This document shows, piece after piece, positions 28,884-42,714 of a stretch of DNA of 64,000 bases (within the stretch, counting starts at the first letter, position 1; each line of letters begins with the position of its first letter). A program made the position numbers and the translations under genes. Below the pieces are notes generated by a model, which was given only the letters and a program-made list of their open reading frames with translations, was not told the origin of the DNA and did not search any database. Source of the stretch: Eledone cirrhosa (Eukaryota); NCBI GenBank assembly GCA_964016885.1, contig OZ024751.1, positions 15,810,001 to 15,874,000 of the forward strand. Direction: 5' to 3'.

Positions 28884-29099
28884 AATATCCACACGCCTGC
28901 ATATGAATTGTTATCGCACTCCTCCTTTCTGAAAACTGCTTCCTCAATGCCTCTATAATATTTGGACTGTTCCCTTGTTTTAACTGTTGCATGTATTCCA
29001 CCCCGTGCTTTTGATTTTGATTTTGATTTTAATTTGAACTTGAATGCTTGTACACTTATGGTACAATTCTCGTAAAATATATGTCGCATCCATCCCACC
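28884..29099 (-). CDS. Candidate internal coding exon of an unidentified host gene (phase 2-2)
   Basis: Acceptor tttcgtctttacag, donor gtgagt, 216 nt stop-free: VGWMRHIFYENCTISVQAFKFKLKSKSKSKARGGIHATVKTREQSKYYRGIEEAVFRKEECDNNSYAGVWI. No TE motif recognised. Confidence 0.5.
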
Positions 29100-29418
29100 C
29101 TGTAAAGACGAAACTGTTGCTCACAACATCAATTTATATGTATCTATATTATATTATTGTTCAGTTGAATGGGAGGTGAATTATATGTGCAAACATTGAT
29201 AATGCTCCGATGATTCCAAACTAGAGTTTGGAAGAAACGATTGTTAGCTATTAAATGATTTGAACACAACTTTGATAATTGTATAATTTATTGATTTAAC
29301 TGCTCTGTAAAACAACTGATGTTCATACATTGAGCTATTTCCCTTACTGGTAATGAGGTTAAGAAATTACTGACCTTCCTGTTTGTGGTTGTTTATACTA
29401 TATACGTAACCTCAAATA

Positions 29419-29515
<97 letters not shown>

Positions 29516-29555
29516 TATATATATATATTAACATGCATAAATATCTACACACATA

Positions 29556-29597
<42 letters not shown>

Positions 29598-29797
29598 GGT
29601 GTGTGTGTGTATACACAAATATATATACACATGTATGTATATATGTATATATATGCATAAACACACACACACATATATATGACACACACACGTTATGATG
29701 AATAGCATCAAGTAAATTTGCTCACAGAGTAAATGAATGAAAACTTATGTAATAACCAATTTATTTTGACAACACTGTATATTATGCCATATACATG

Positions 29798-29917
<120 letters not shown>

Positions 29918-29924
29918 AATAAAC

Positions 29925-30603
29925 GTACTGCAGGGTTGCTAATGGGTTACATATGAATAAAGTTAGTCCTTCATCAGTGATCTTCCAACCATCATTGGTA
30001 TTTCATCGCTTTAAAGACCATATACCTCCGGTTGGTGCGAGCAACGGCTAAAAAAAGTCGTTGGGACACGTAAATAAAGGGGACACGAGTGTAAACAAAC
30101 AAAAATGGTGAAGCAACGAAAAGTGAGGAAGAAGGAGTCAAGTCCCAAATTTCTATAAATTTAAATTCGGTGAAATCGTGAACGAGAGAGAATAAAGACC
30201 ATCAAACCTGGTTGAAATGTGAGCAAGGAAGGAATTCCGCACAGGTCTAACGGGAGGAAGAAGGGGTCTAGTCTGTGAATTCGGTAAACATATGTTCTGT
30301 GAAATCGTAGACGAGAGAGAGAAAAGATGCCGACCGGCCTGGCCAAGCGTGCGAAAGAAAAGAATTACGCACAGGTCAAACGGGAAGAAGGAGAAGGAGG
30401 AGAGGTAGTAACAGAGAATGAGTGAGTGAAGGGTGAGGAAGAGGCTAACATAGAGAGTGACTGCTAGAGAGGGTAAAGATACAGAGAAAGAGGAAGCAGT
30501 AAGAACGAAATAGACGGGTAACAGCAGGGGAAAAATATGTGTAAAGATGAGAATAAACGTGCTGCGGTGTTGGAAGATCACTGATGAAGGACTAACTTTA
30601 TTC

Positions 30604-30606
<3 letters not shown>
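29925..30606 (-). mobile_element. One unit of the ~640-bp LTR-like family with a 39-bp terminal inversion
   Basis: Aligns to 21900-22540; 29951-29989 reappears inverted at 30568-30606. Confidence 0.8.
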
Positions 30607-30682
<76 letters not shown>

Positions 30683-31432
30683 CATGTATATATATATAAA
30701 CATATATATGGCATAATATACAGTGTTGTCAAAATAAATTGGTTATTACATAAGTTTTCATTCATTTACTCTGTGTGCAAATTTACTTGATGCTATTCAT
30801 CATAACGTATGGTGGCAAAAGTACCGGAGGCTCACCAGGTAGCTGATTAAACCAGTTTCAAGAGCGTTAAGCGACTGACGGTACCAGATGTCTTCTTAAA
30901 TAGGACTCCAGTCCATCGAAATTTTAAACTCCTCACCATCAGGTACTGCTGGTAGCCATTTTTAGCTGACTTTACTGGATCAACGTCAAATCTATTATTT
31001 TGCTCATGAACACAAAGCTCAGCCCGGTCATCCGGTCCACGAATCGAACTCATGACATTATAACCGTAAATACACCCTAACATCTAGGCCATGTTAAACG
31101 ACAAATACAATAGTTACTGCAGGATAAAATATCTATTTTTTGTTCAAATGTACCATTAAATATTGGCAATTATAAACCTCCAACCCAACGTTTATTTCCT
31201 CGGTTGTATGACAGAAAAGATTATTACTTCTACTAGTACTTCTAGTAGTACTAGTAGAAGTAGATGTCAAATGAACAAACTGGAAGATAAGTCAATAAAC
31301 TTATATCTTTAATATTACATACTTTTTATATATCAACGATATGAGGTAGCTTTTAGGAAATTGATTTTCCTTTCGCGTGTCGGCAGACACAAAAAGCCAA
31401 AAAAGCATCAATAAAACAAAGAACAAACAGAA

Positions 31433-31466
<34 letters not shown>

Positions 31467-31668
31467 GTATATACACACACACATATATATACATATATGG
31501 CAAATATTCAGTTATTTTTGGGTAATGAAAGAAAACTGAAACTTATTTTGTCAGATTGACACATATTTAAACACACTTTAAACAAATAATCTACGACAAA
31601 GGAGATGGAGGGAAACAAACAGAGAGAGAGAGAGAGAGGGACGGGGACTGGGAGAGAGAGGAAGAGAG

Positions 31669-31710
<42 letters not shown>

Positions 31711-31821
31711 CAGAAAGTTAAAGTGAGAGAGAGAAAAAAACGCACCTATATGTGAATCTGTCTGCGCATGTATATATGTATATATACATATATACATGTT
31801 GATACATTTATATATATGTAT

Positions 31822-31912
<91 letters not shown>

Positions 31913-32862
31913 CACACACACACATATATATATATAAATACATGTAATAGTAATGATAATAATAATAATAATAATAATAATCTGTAAAAAAACTGCTTTG
32001 TTGCAATTTTCAACCAAAATAGAAACGAACAACAGACACTAATAGCACACAGAATGGATTAATAGTGATATAAATAAGGTGAATAGAGGGAAGCTTCAAG
32101 TACAGAGCTTATAATCACTTCCCTTCCATGCGATGAACAAATGAATGCTTAATACTATGATGGTTCACACACTGCTCACCAAATTAGATTAGAAATGTGG
32201 CAGCACTGTGCACACACACAATGCGCGCGCGCGTGTGTGTGTGAGTTGGTGTACATGTACATATGTTTGCTTATGTGTGCGTGTATGTGTACTCATGCTT
32301 GTGATTGTGCATCCGAGTGTATGTGAGTATGTGTACATGTGTGTGAATGTCTGTGCATATGTATATGAGTGTGTGCATGTATGTTTTCGTGTATGTGTGC
32401 TACTGCGTGTTTGTGTGTCAGGGTATGTGTGTGAATGTGTGCGTGGATGTATGTGTGTATGTGAGGGCAGTTGTGTGTATATGTGTCTGTATGTGTGTGT
32501 GTGTGCACATGTGTATGTGAGGGCAAGTATGCATATATATGTCTGTCTGTGTGTATTTATGTATGTGTCTGAATGTATATGTTTGTATGTGTGTGTATAT
32601 ATATATATACATATATGTATGTATATGTATGTATATATGTATATATGTATGTATGCATGTATTTATGTATATATGTATGTATGTATATGTGTATATATGT
32701 ATGTATATATGTATGTATGTATATATTTATATATGTATATATGTATATATGTATGTATGTATATATATATGTATGTATATATGTATGTATATATTTATGT
32801 GAATAAATATATTTGTATATATGTATATATGTATGTATATATTTATGTGAATAAATATATTT

Positions 32863-35800
32863 GTGAATAAATTAGAAGAGTTCCCAGTAGGGATTAGTGA
32901 GCGTCTTATGTCCATGAGAATTCCGCTGGACAAAGGAAGATATGCGACCCTGGTGAGTGTGTATGGTCCAACTATGAATTCTGTCGATGAAGAAAAAGTG
33001 TCCTTTTACCATACCTTGAAAGGTGTTTTAAGAAATATCCCTCAGGCAGACAAAGTCATCGTGCTTGGTGACTTTAATGCTAGAGTGGGTATGGATTTTA
33101 ACACATGGAATGTAATCGGAAGGCATGGGGTGGGAAAGTGTAACAGCAATGGTATGCTCCTGCTGCAGATGTGTGAGGAGCTGGATCTGTGTGTTACCAA
33201 CACCATGTTCCAACAAAAGAACAAATTCAAGACAACATGGATGCATCCTGCATCTAAGGAATGGCATCTTTTGGACTACGTCCTAGTCAGGATGCGTGAC
33301 AGACAGGATGTGCAGTGTGTTCGTGCTCTTCGTGGAGCTGAGTGCTGGACGGACCACCGCCTGGTACGCGCAAAAGTGAAACTAATCACTAAACGTAAAA
33401 TCCGGGTTCCTGGTGTTGCCCTGCCCAAAAGATTGAATGCTGCTCGTCTTAAGGATAAAAATGTGAAGAGGACATTGGAAGAAGAGATACAGGCTGCAGA
33501 TCTTGGTGAGGATTGGCCGACCCTTAAAAAGTCGGTTTATGATGTAGGCAGGCGTGTTCTGGGATTAGTGCAGAGAAAACATCAGGACTGGTTTAATGAG
33601 AATGATGTACATATAGAAGACTTGTTGGCTGATAAGAGGCGTGCTCTGTCACGCTACTTGACGGCAAAACCCCAGGAGAGGAATACGTTGCATGAGGAAA
33701 TCAAGGATGTAAAATCACGTGTTAGGCGGAGTCTTTCTCAAATGAAGGATCAGTGGTGGAGTGAGAGGCTGGTGAGATACAAACTGCGTCAGATTCCAAT
33801 AACACAAAGCTGTTGTACAGTCTCTTGCGTGAGGTTTATGGACCGTCTTCTTCTCTGGTGACACCGCTTCGCAGCAAGGATGGAAACGAACTTCTTCGTG
33901 ACTCACAAGGAATTCTACGAAGGTGGCGAGAGCACTTTGATGATCTTTTGAATCAGCCGTCTGTCGTCAGTAATGATTTCCTCAATCTCATTCCAGAAAG
34001 TCCTGTGAAAGTAGCTCTTGTGGAGGTTGCAGTGGCTATCTCGAAGCTGAACAGTGGAAGGTCTCCAGGTATGGATGGCATACATGCTGAGCTCCTACAA
34101 TATGATGGTGAGAAACTCCTGCAACATCTTCACTCTTTGTTTGGCGGGATATGGGCTAATGAATCCGTACCCGAGGACTGGAGAGATGCAGTAATGGTGG
34201 TCTTGTATAAGGGAAAGGGTAACAGGAATGATTGTGGGAACTACAGAGGTATATCATTGCTTTCTGTCGTAGGGAAAGTTTTATGTAGGGTGCTTCTGGA
34301 CCGTCTGCTGACACACATTGCAGATTGTGTTCTTCCTGAAAGTCAATCTGGTTTTCGTGCTGGACGCGGCACTACTGATATGATCTTCTCAGCTTGACAG
34401 CTCCAGGAGAACTGCATGGAACAAGGTTTGGATCTGTATCAGGTTTTTGTCGATCTGACAAAAGCTTTCGATACTGTTAACAGAGATGCATTATGGAAGG
34501 TTCTCCAGAAACTTGGTTGCCCTGATAAGTTCCTTTCTTTAGTTAGGTCTTTCCATGACGACATGAAGGCTTGGGTTAATGTCGGAGGTAACATGTCGGA
34601 GCCTATCTCAGTAAAAAATGGAGTGAAACAGGGGAATATTCCAGCACCGACTCTGTTTGCCATATACTTTGCAATGCTTTTCTGTATTGCATTCAGGAAT
34701 TGCGAGCATGGTGTTTACATCCGATATCGAACCTCAGGCAGCATATTTAACATCAGGCGCTTTGCTGCAAAGACAAAAGTATTTACATCAATCATAAGAG
34801 ACCTCTTGTATGCAGATGATTGCGATCTTGTAGCGCACACAGAGAGTGATATGCAGCACATTTTGAATGCATTTTCTGACGCTGGCACTGCCCTAGGATT
34901 GACTGTCAGTCTCAAGAAAACCGTCGTCATGTACCAACCTGCCCCTGGTAAGCAGTACACTGAACCAAACATCTATGTGTATGGCAAACGACTTGGAGTG
35001 GTTGATCAGTTGATCAGACAAAGGTAAATGTGTACAGGGCATGTGTGCTCTCTTGTCTTCTTTATCCCTGCGAAACCTGGGTCACATATCGACACCACCT
35101 TAAGCAATTGGAGCGTTTCCATCAGATGTGTCTCAGACGGATCCATGGCGTTCACTGGAGGGACCATATCAGTGATGTCGAGATTTTGGAAAGCTCTATG
35201 TGTGACAGTATAGAAGCTCTTGTGCTTAAGCAACGACTCCGTTGGAGTGGTCACCTTGCCAGGATGAAGGATTCTAGAATACCAAAACAACTCTTTTATG
35301 GAGAGCTGGTTAAAGGAAAACGACCGCCACATAAACCAAAAAAGAGGTATAAGGATTCCTTGAAAGCCTCTTTGAAAGACGCTAACATCTCTGCTGATAC
35401 ATGGGAAAATATTGCTGCTGATCGTAATAAATGGAGAAAGACTGTATATGAGGGAAAAGTTGCCTTTGAGGCATCTCGAATCGCATACGAGAAAGTAAAG
35501 CGGGATGTGAGGAAGGGCATTGCTGTTGCATTTCCAGACGGCGAGGTCCTCCTATGGTGCTGACATGCAGCGTCTGTACGAGACTCTGCCTAAGCAAAGC
35601 TGGACTCGAAAGTCATCTTCACAGTCATAAAGTAAGACCAGTGGTTGACTACCAGGCTGCTGTTGGAGATGCTACTCATCATGCTTGCCAAACATGTGGT
35701 AGAGAATGTAGATCAGTAGGAGGGCTCAAGCGACATGCAAAAGTACATGAACTCCAACCACAGCCGGCTATTCCCAGTGAATGTTTTGGTTGCCAACTCT

Positions 35801-35965
35801 GTGCAAGAATTTTAGATCATTGGCTGGGCTAAAAAGCCACATTCGATCGCAGCGCTGTTAGTTGCTATCGTGTGTGTGTGTGTATAGATATGTTTATGTG
35901 TGTGCGCGTGTGTGTATATATATATGTATATTATTATTGTTGTTGTTGTCGTTATTATTATTGTC

Positions 35966-36013
<48 letters not shown>

Positions 36014-36066
36014 GTTATTAATGTATATGTGTGTATGTATATATATATGTGTGTTTTATGTGTTTA

Positions 36067-36097
<31 letters not shown>

Positions 36098-36196
36098 TTC
36101 TTTTTTTAAAATTTTATTTTTTATTTATTTATTATTATTATTTTTTTTTTCTCCTCGTGCAATCGCCATACTCGATAACGAGGGGGCAGCCATCAT
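32863..36196 (+). mobile_element. Near full-length RTE LINE (APE + RT + three C-terminal C2H2 fingers), disrupted
   Basis: APE motifs GDFNARVG, TWMHP, LLDYVL, TDHRLV; RT motifs NYRGISLLS, FVDLTKAFD, GVKQG, LYADD. Stop at 34395, frameshifts, 132-nt deletion near 35011. Microsatellite-rich 3'UTR ends gccatactcgataacgagggggcagccatcat. Confidence 0.97.
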
Positions 36197-36349
36197 AATA
36201 TATTTATGTATGTATATATATGTATGTATGTCTATATTTATTATGTATGTATATATGTATATATATATGTATATATATGTATGTATATATTCATGTATGT
36301 ATGTATATATGTATATATGTATGTATGTATGTATATATATATGTATGTA

Positions 36350-36790
36350 TGTCAGGTCACCAGTTGGTGCTACTGGTAACATGTATCCCAGTACAACCTG
36401 TCTCATGGTCGGGTCGTTGGCGACTAAACTGGCAACCCCACCAAAGTTTCTCGGTAAGGAGGGTGACTTTGGACATCCTGCAGGACTAAAAACAAAACCT
36501 GGCAAAGGGCAAAGGAGCTCTGAAGAGTCAATGGCCATCCCAAATCACCGGGAGAGATGACTCCTTAGCCTTTGTCAAGGCAGAATTCTAGGAGAAGGAA
36601 AACCCTGATATAACACCTGCAACCCTGATGGTATCCAATGATGTTGACTTGTTCTTCTTTTTGGTAAATATCATCTTGGTTAAGAGAGTGGGACTGGCTT
36701 TGTGCAGTGCCTTTGCTCACTATACAAGCTTCACGGCACAGGCATTACAAAGTAGTAGCCGTACTCGAAAACGAGTTGGCAGCCGCCATG
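36350..36790 (+). mobile_element. Non-autonomous RTE derivative, copy 2 (longest 5' end, internal deletion)
   Basis: Aligns to 54593-55180 and 59288-59883; lacks the finger-coding segment. Confidence 0.9.
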
Positions 36791-37766
36791 TATGAATGTA
36801 TATTTGTGTATATGATGTAGGATTTACTCTAAAATACAAGCAAACTCAATTGTAAGATTATGGTAGGTTTCCTGTCAATGTAGCATTATCAAAATAATTG
36901 AAAAACAAATCTATTCTATCTCAAAATACATTTGACCGACCTTTCTACATATGACGTGACCTTCAAATTTCGGCTAGTAGACATTGATACTAAGTATCGT
37001 TTCCAAACGAATACCTTGTAGTCGCACATCTATTAATTATGATTCTTGATTTAGGCAGAAAGCCAAATATTTTTTTGGGGGTAGGGGAAAGTTGATTAAA
37101 TCGTCCCTAGTGTATTACTGGTGCTATCTTTTATCGACCCTGTAAGGATGAAAGACAAATCTAACTTCGGTGGGATTTGATATCAGAACCTAAAGAGGCG
37201 TAACTCTAAGCCACAAACCAAATGGTTAAGCAGTTCACTTCCCAAACTTGAGGTTTCGTTTTCGATCTCATTGAGTGTCTTTTTACAATAGTATTGTCAT
37301 AAATAAATATTTCTAACGATTCTTTTCGTTGCGTTGTTTAACAAAGGGCTCAATATAGATAAGAAATATTGTGTTTCATAGAGATAATAAAGCCTGCGTG
37401 GTCCCGTAACTCCCGACGGAGTCGTAGAGGCGCCATATAGACATAGGGCATTTAAAACACCTGGATGAGCTCACTCCTCTCCAGGTTTGAACATAGCAGA
37501 TTTCTTCCAGAGAAGGATAGAGAGAGTGAGAAAAAGATACAGAGGAAGAACTGACCACAGTACTAGACTGGTACTTTTTTTAACGACCTCGAAAGGATGA
37601 AAGGCAAAGTACACCTGGATGGCATTTGAACTGAGAGAGCTGAAATGAATACCGCAAAGTATTTTATCCTATATTCTAACGCCTCACTCTGATAACAATA
37701 CATAGACGTATAAGAATGGTGATAACGGGGAGACAGATTAGAATAGTAACAGGTTAACTATATCAA

Positions 37767-37895
<129 letters not shown>

Positions 37896-38403
37896 TCACA
37901 TATATATACATTTAAAAACAAAAGGAAGCCGGACTGGAAATATTCTTTTAAAGTTTTAATGTTGCAAAACTATTGTACACATTTCATTGGTATGGTTACA
38001 TCACCCCATAGTAACATAAAACTCTGGAGACATCATCAGGTGTGCAACATTAGTCAATGGAAAACACAATTACTGCAAACACAAACAGAGAGTAGATATG
38101 ATTCGGAGAAGGCCGACCAATTCAGTGTTATTGTTGTGGCGAATCATGCATATTCTATACATCTCTGCATTGTCAATATTCCGATTTAATTTACGTTTTT
38201 GCTTGTCTAAGTCGCCTATTGTATATAGCAAGTAATTATTGTATCTCGCCATTGTTTACCACATGAATCTATACATTTAGAAACATGGCTTCCGAGAAAC
38301 AGATTCAATGTCCTGAGTACATATATAGAATAGAATATATATATATATGTATATATATATAAAATATAATATATATATATATACATATATATACATATAT
38401 ATA

Positions 38404-38480
<77 letters not shown>

Positions 38481-38668
38481 GTATATATATAATATAATAT
38501 ACATATGTATATATATATATATGTATATATGTATATATATGTATATATATAATATAATATACATATGTATATATATATATAATAAATATATATATATGTA
38601 TATATATGTATGTATATATATATGCATATATTATATAATGTATATGTATATATATATATATAATATAA

Positions 38669-38699
<31 letters not shown>

Positions 38700-39523
38700 G
38701 AGCGTGCTTGTGCGTGTGCATGTTGTATGGAGAATCACTTTCCTGTTAAACATAGATAATTCAAAAGACAACACCGGGTGGTTATAACTCTTTAATATAC
38801 GTTGTTATTCGTATTTATTTAAAGTATTTTTTACCGAAACAACATATCAGAAATCGTCATATACAATAGAAAAGAGAAATGAACGATGATACTCAAAAGT
38901 TGTGAGCAGCTGTAGCCTCTCTTAGACTTTGTATAACAACAATATCGGTCTCATCGAAGGCCTGGCTTCTAAATGCCTGTTTACAACAAAGGAGAACAAA
39001 AAAAAAAAAGCAGAGTTAATAAAGAATATTAGAATATAAAATTATTAGAAAAATATATTCGTGGATGTTTATCATTATATCTAAATAATAAACTAGATAG
39101 AATGCTACATATATATGTCAACAGATTATACAGTCAGAGGCAAGTAAACATGTTACAACGTTTCTATAGTTGATATTGAATTTCATTAATTTTTAATGTT
39201 TAGAAGAAGCTATTGAAAATCCAGATTGCATCTCCCAAAAAACAAAACAAACCAAAAGACCCCCCCCCCCAAACAAACAAACAAACAAACAAAACAATGC
39301 AAAGCAAAAAGAAAAGATATAAAAAAAAAAAAATCACAAGGTAGAAAAAAAAAAGCTATCTATGCAAAAGGAGAAATGTGATATTTTGACAGTCAAGCCA
39401 TTCTCAAGGGATACTTGCTTGAACCGTCGAATGGACTGTATCGCGGTCTCAGCATGCAAGAAGCATTCGACTCAATTCGGTGTTCACTAAACACGCTATA
39501 GAACTATCATACGAAGCCGCATA

Positions 39524-39861
39524 CGAGGTTTGGTTGAAAAGTTCACAGGATGAAAAGTTCATAGGCTGACCAAGATACTTTCATCGAATGACCAAATGAA
39601 GTTTATTTTACAACATAGTCCATGGAAAGAAGAAGAGTTGAACTTAATGCATGCAAGATTTCATAACTATAGCATCACTCCTTCATAGGCTGACCAAGAT
39701 ACTCTCATGGAATTACTAAATGAGGTTTATTTTTCAACATAGTCCCTGGAAATACACAATGCAGTTATTAATAAGAAGAGTTGAAATTAATGCATACAAT
39801 ATTTCACAGCCCTAGCATCACTCCTTCATAGACAGCCAATGCACTTTTCAGCCAACCCTCG
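39524..39861. mobile_element. Mariner-type MITE with internal duplication
   Basis: TA-cgagg.ttgg.tgaaaagt / acttttcagccaaccctcg TIRs. Relatives at 54189-54402 and ~59975-60135. Confidence 0.85.
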
Positions 39862-40005
39862 AATGTGTAGTAGAGGACTATATTCCATTAATCATCGAAA
39901 TAGGTTTGCTTCGTTACAATTCAAATGCAAATTCTAATTTCACTCATCTCATTTTATATCGGAATATGTATGTATGCATGTATATATGCATATATGTTTG
40001 TTTCG

Positions 40006-40124
<119 letters not shown>

Positions 40125-40479
40125 CATATATATATATATGTATGCATATATATATATATATATATATTAGAAAGTGAGGGTTTTTTTTACAAAATGAAAA
40201 ATAACCGAGGTGTCCTACACGAGTGAAAGAATAAAGAAAAAAAGATGAAATCGAAAATGCAACTGGAGTCTTATTTAAAAAAAAAATATATATTTATTTG
40301 GTTCCTTTACCGGTTTCGCAGTTCTTCTGCTTTTCAAAAGTAGAGTTGAGATGGAGGGTTTGTGGTTTTTCTCACAGACCTAATCGTGGAAAAACTGCAT
40401 GCCTGGACAATATGTAAAGAAAATAAACCGAATACTCTGATGGCTGGATAATCTTTAAGATTTTCCTCGATGAAGCAGG

Positions 40480-40900
40480 AAAAATGCAAGTTTTCACTTA
40501 ATGCGGGTCCTAGGGGATCAAGAAAATGAATTTTTTTATGTGCATAATATGCCTTGAAATTTCGAGAAAAATCGGCTAGACGTAACGCCTCAAAAAAGCC
40601 TCCAAAAGCTGAAAAAATGAAGTTTTTCACCTAATGCCATAAAAAAGTTGGATTTTCTTTGCTCACGGTATGAAGAAGAGACTGACTAATACATAGTTAC
40701 AATTTCAAGGAAATCAGTCTGACATAACGCCTAAAAAAACCCCTAAAAACCTGAAAAAACGCAATTTTTCAACTGATGTGGACCCTAGGGGATAACAAAA
40801 TTGAATTTTTTAATGTGCATAACACTCCCTGAAACATATCTAATAAACATGTAAAGTTTGAAAAAAGTCGGTTGGTACTTCTCGAGTTTTAGGGATTCAA

Positions 40901-40993
<93 letters not shown>

Positions 40994-41291
40994 TCCTCAA
41001 GGAAGTGACGTAATTCAGACAGCCAGACATACAGACAGATAATATAAGGGCACGGCGTTATATGTATATATCTATCTAAAAAGAGAAAGACTAAGAATTA
41101 TAGAGAGAGATCGCCTAATGCGGTCCCTAGGGCATTGAAAATTTGAAATTCTTTTTGCTCAGAACACTCCCTGAAACATAAGTATTACATGTGTAAAGTT
41201 TGAAAACAGTCGGTTGGGTGCTTCTCGAGTTTCAGGGATTCAAACTCACACACACACACAGACAGGCAACTTCAGTTTTATATATATAGAT
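40480..41291 (-). mobile_element. Non-autonomous Helitron-like element with repeated subunits
   Basis: Minus strand begins A|TCTATATATATAAAACTG followed by (TG)n; unit acactccctgaaacata...gggattcaaac occurs at ~40820 and ~41163. Confidence 0.55.
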
Positions 41292-41541
41292 AAATGTACC
41301 ATTAAGACAAATAATAATATATATAACTATATTGGTGCCACTTCATCTAAGTTTAAGGAACGTTGGTGAAATCATAGACAGTATTTTACTAAACCAGATA
41401 AGAAATTTTCAACTTCACTTTCGCAATTAATATGGTCTTTAAAGGACAATAATATTAAATACTCCATCTCTTGGACCAAATTAAAGAAAGCTAATTCCTA
41501 TCAGAACGCTTCTCTTTCGCAAAATTGCAATCTTTGCCTTA
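41286..41541 (+). mobile_element. Penelope-like GIY-YIG endonuclease fragment
   Basis: Manual translation KCTIKT...YIGATSSKFKERW*NH...STSLSQLIWSLK...ISW...ANSY...CNLCL. Confidence 0.88.
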
Positions 41542-42714
41542 TTGTGGTAATAATTTATTGATATTTATATGTATTAGAATTATTTTATTAAGAGTCTCGT
41601 TATCCTATGTTTTGATTAGGACAGTTCAATATCTAACTAGACATCTTTTATGATATTTGCAATAGATGATTTATGGTTTTCGAAATATCGCGGAATGTTT
41701 GAGTAGAGATATGTTATAAATGTTTGTATACGGTGAATAAGTTATCTTCCTTTTGTTTACATTGTCCGTAAAATTTCCTTCCTTTTGTCTAGCTTGCTGA
41801 ATTATATTAGTTTTGAAATATGTAGACTAATAATATACAGACTATCATTAAAATGAAACTATATAAATAAGTAAATACAGAAGTAAATATAACTTTCAGT
41901 AAATTAATGAAATTAACTTCTCTGAGTAAATGTAACTGCAGTTTAATCCTAGAAATTAAATGAAAATTAAAGAATAGTGAAGATTTTATAAAGAGAATAT
42001 CATAATTAAATAATTTGAGTAATATATGATCTAAATATATTATATGTATTGATGGTGACTTATGTATGGTATTAGATTTTAATACATATTTAATAATTAT
42101 TCAAATACGCTTTAATGATTAATTCTTTTAAAGTTGTAACAAAATATTTATAGAATATCTTACCTTAAAATTAAAAATAATAATCTATAATGAGTTAAAT
42201 TAAATTATATTAATTTTTAATTAAACTATATATGTGATTGCTATAGAAAATAATCTATACTGATTAATTTTGATATATAAGTATAATTAGCTAAGGCATA
42301 ATCAAATACTAAAGATATTCAATTGTTTAGTTGAATTGATTGGATATCCTATTTGATCCAGTATTTGAAAACAACGGTTTTTTCTCTATCCCCCTCTATT
42401 TGATGTTTCCTTTATTTTCTTTATTTTCTTTACCCACCTTTGTTCCCTTTACTTTCCTTACACCTTCCCCCTTTTATCGTTATTCCTCTTTTCTTTTTTA
42501 TATATTTCTTTTACTCATTCAACCTTTTATTTTTTATTTTTTATTCATTTATCTATTTATGTATGTATTTATGTATGTATTTATTTATTTTTTCTTGCCT
42601 TTCCTCTTCTTTACACCCTCTCTCATATCTCTAATTTGCTCTACGTCCTTTTCTTCTTTAAGTTTATCATATTATTTGTGGTATATAAACAGTGAGATTT
42701 GATGAAATAAATCA

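Noticed and set aside
37960-38980. Strong minus-strand acceptors near 38073 and 38977 (also 53575)
   Set aside because: Early stops in all frames and no matching donors; such sites are common in AT-rich DNA.
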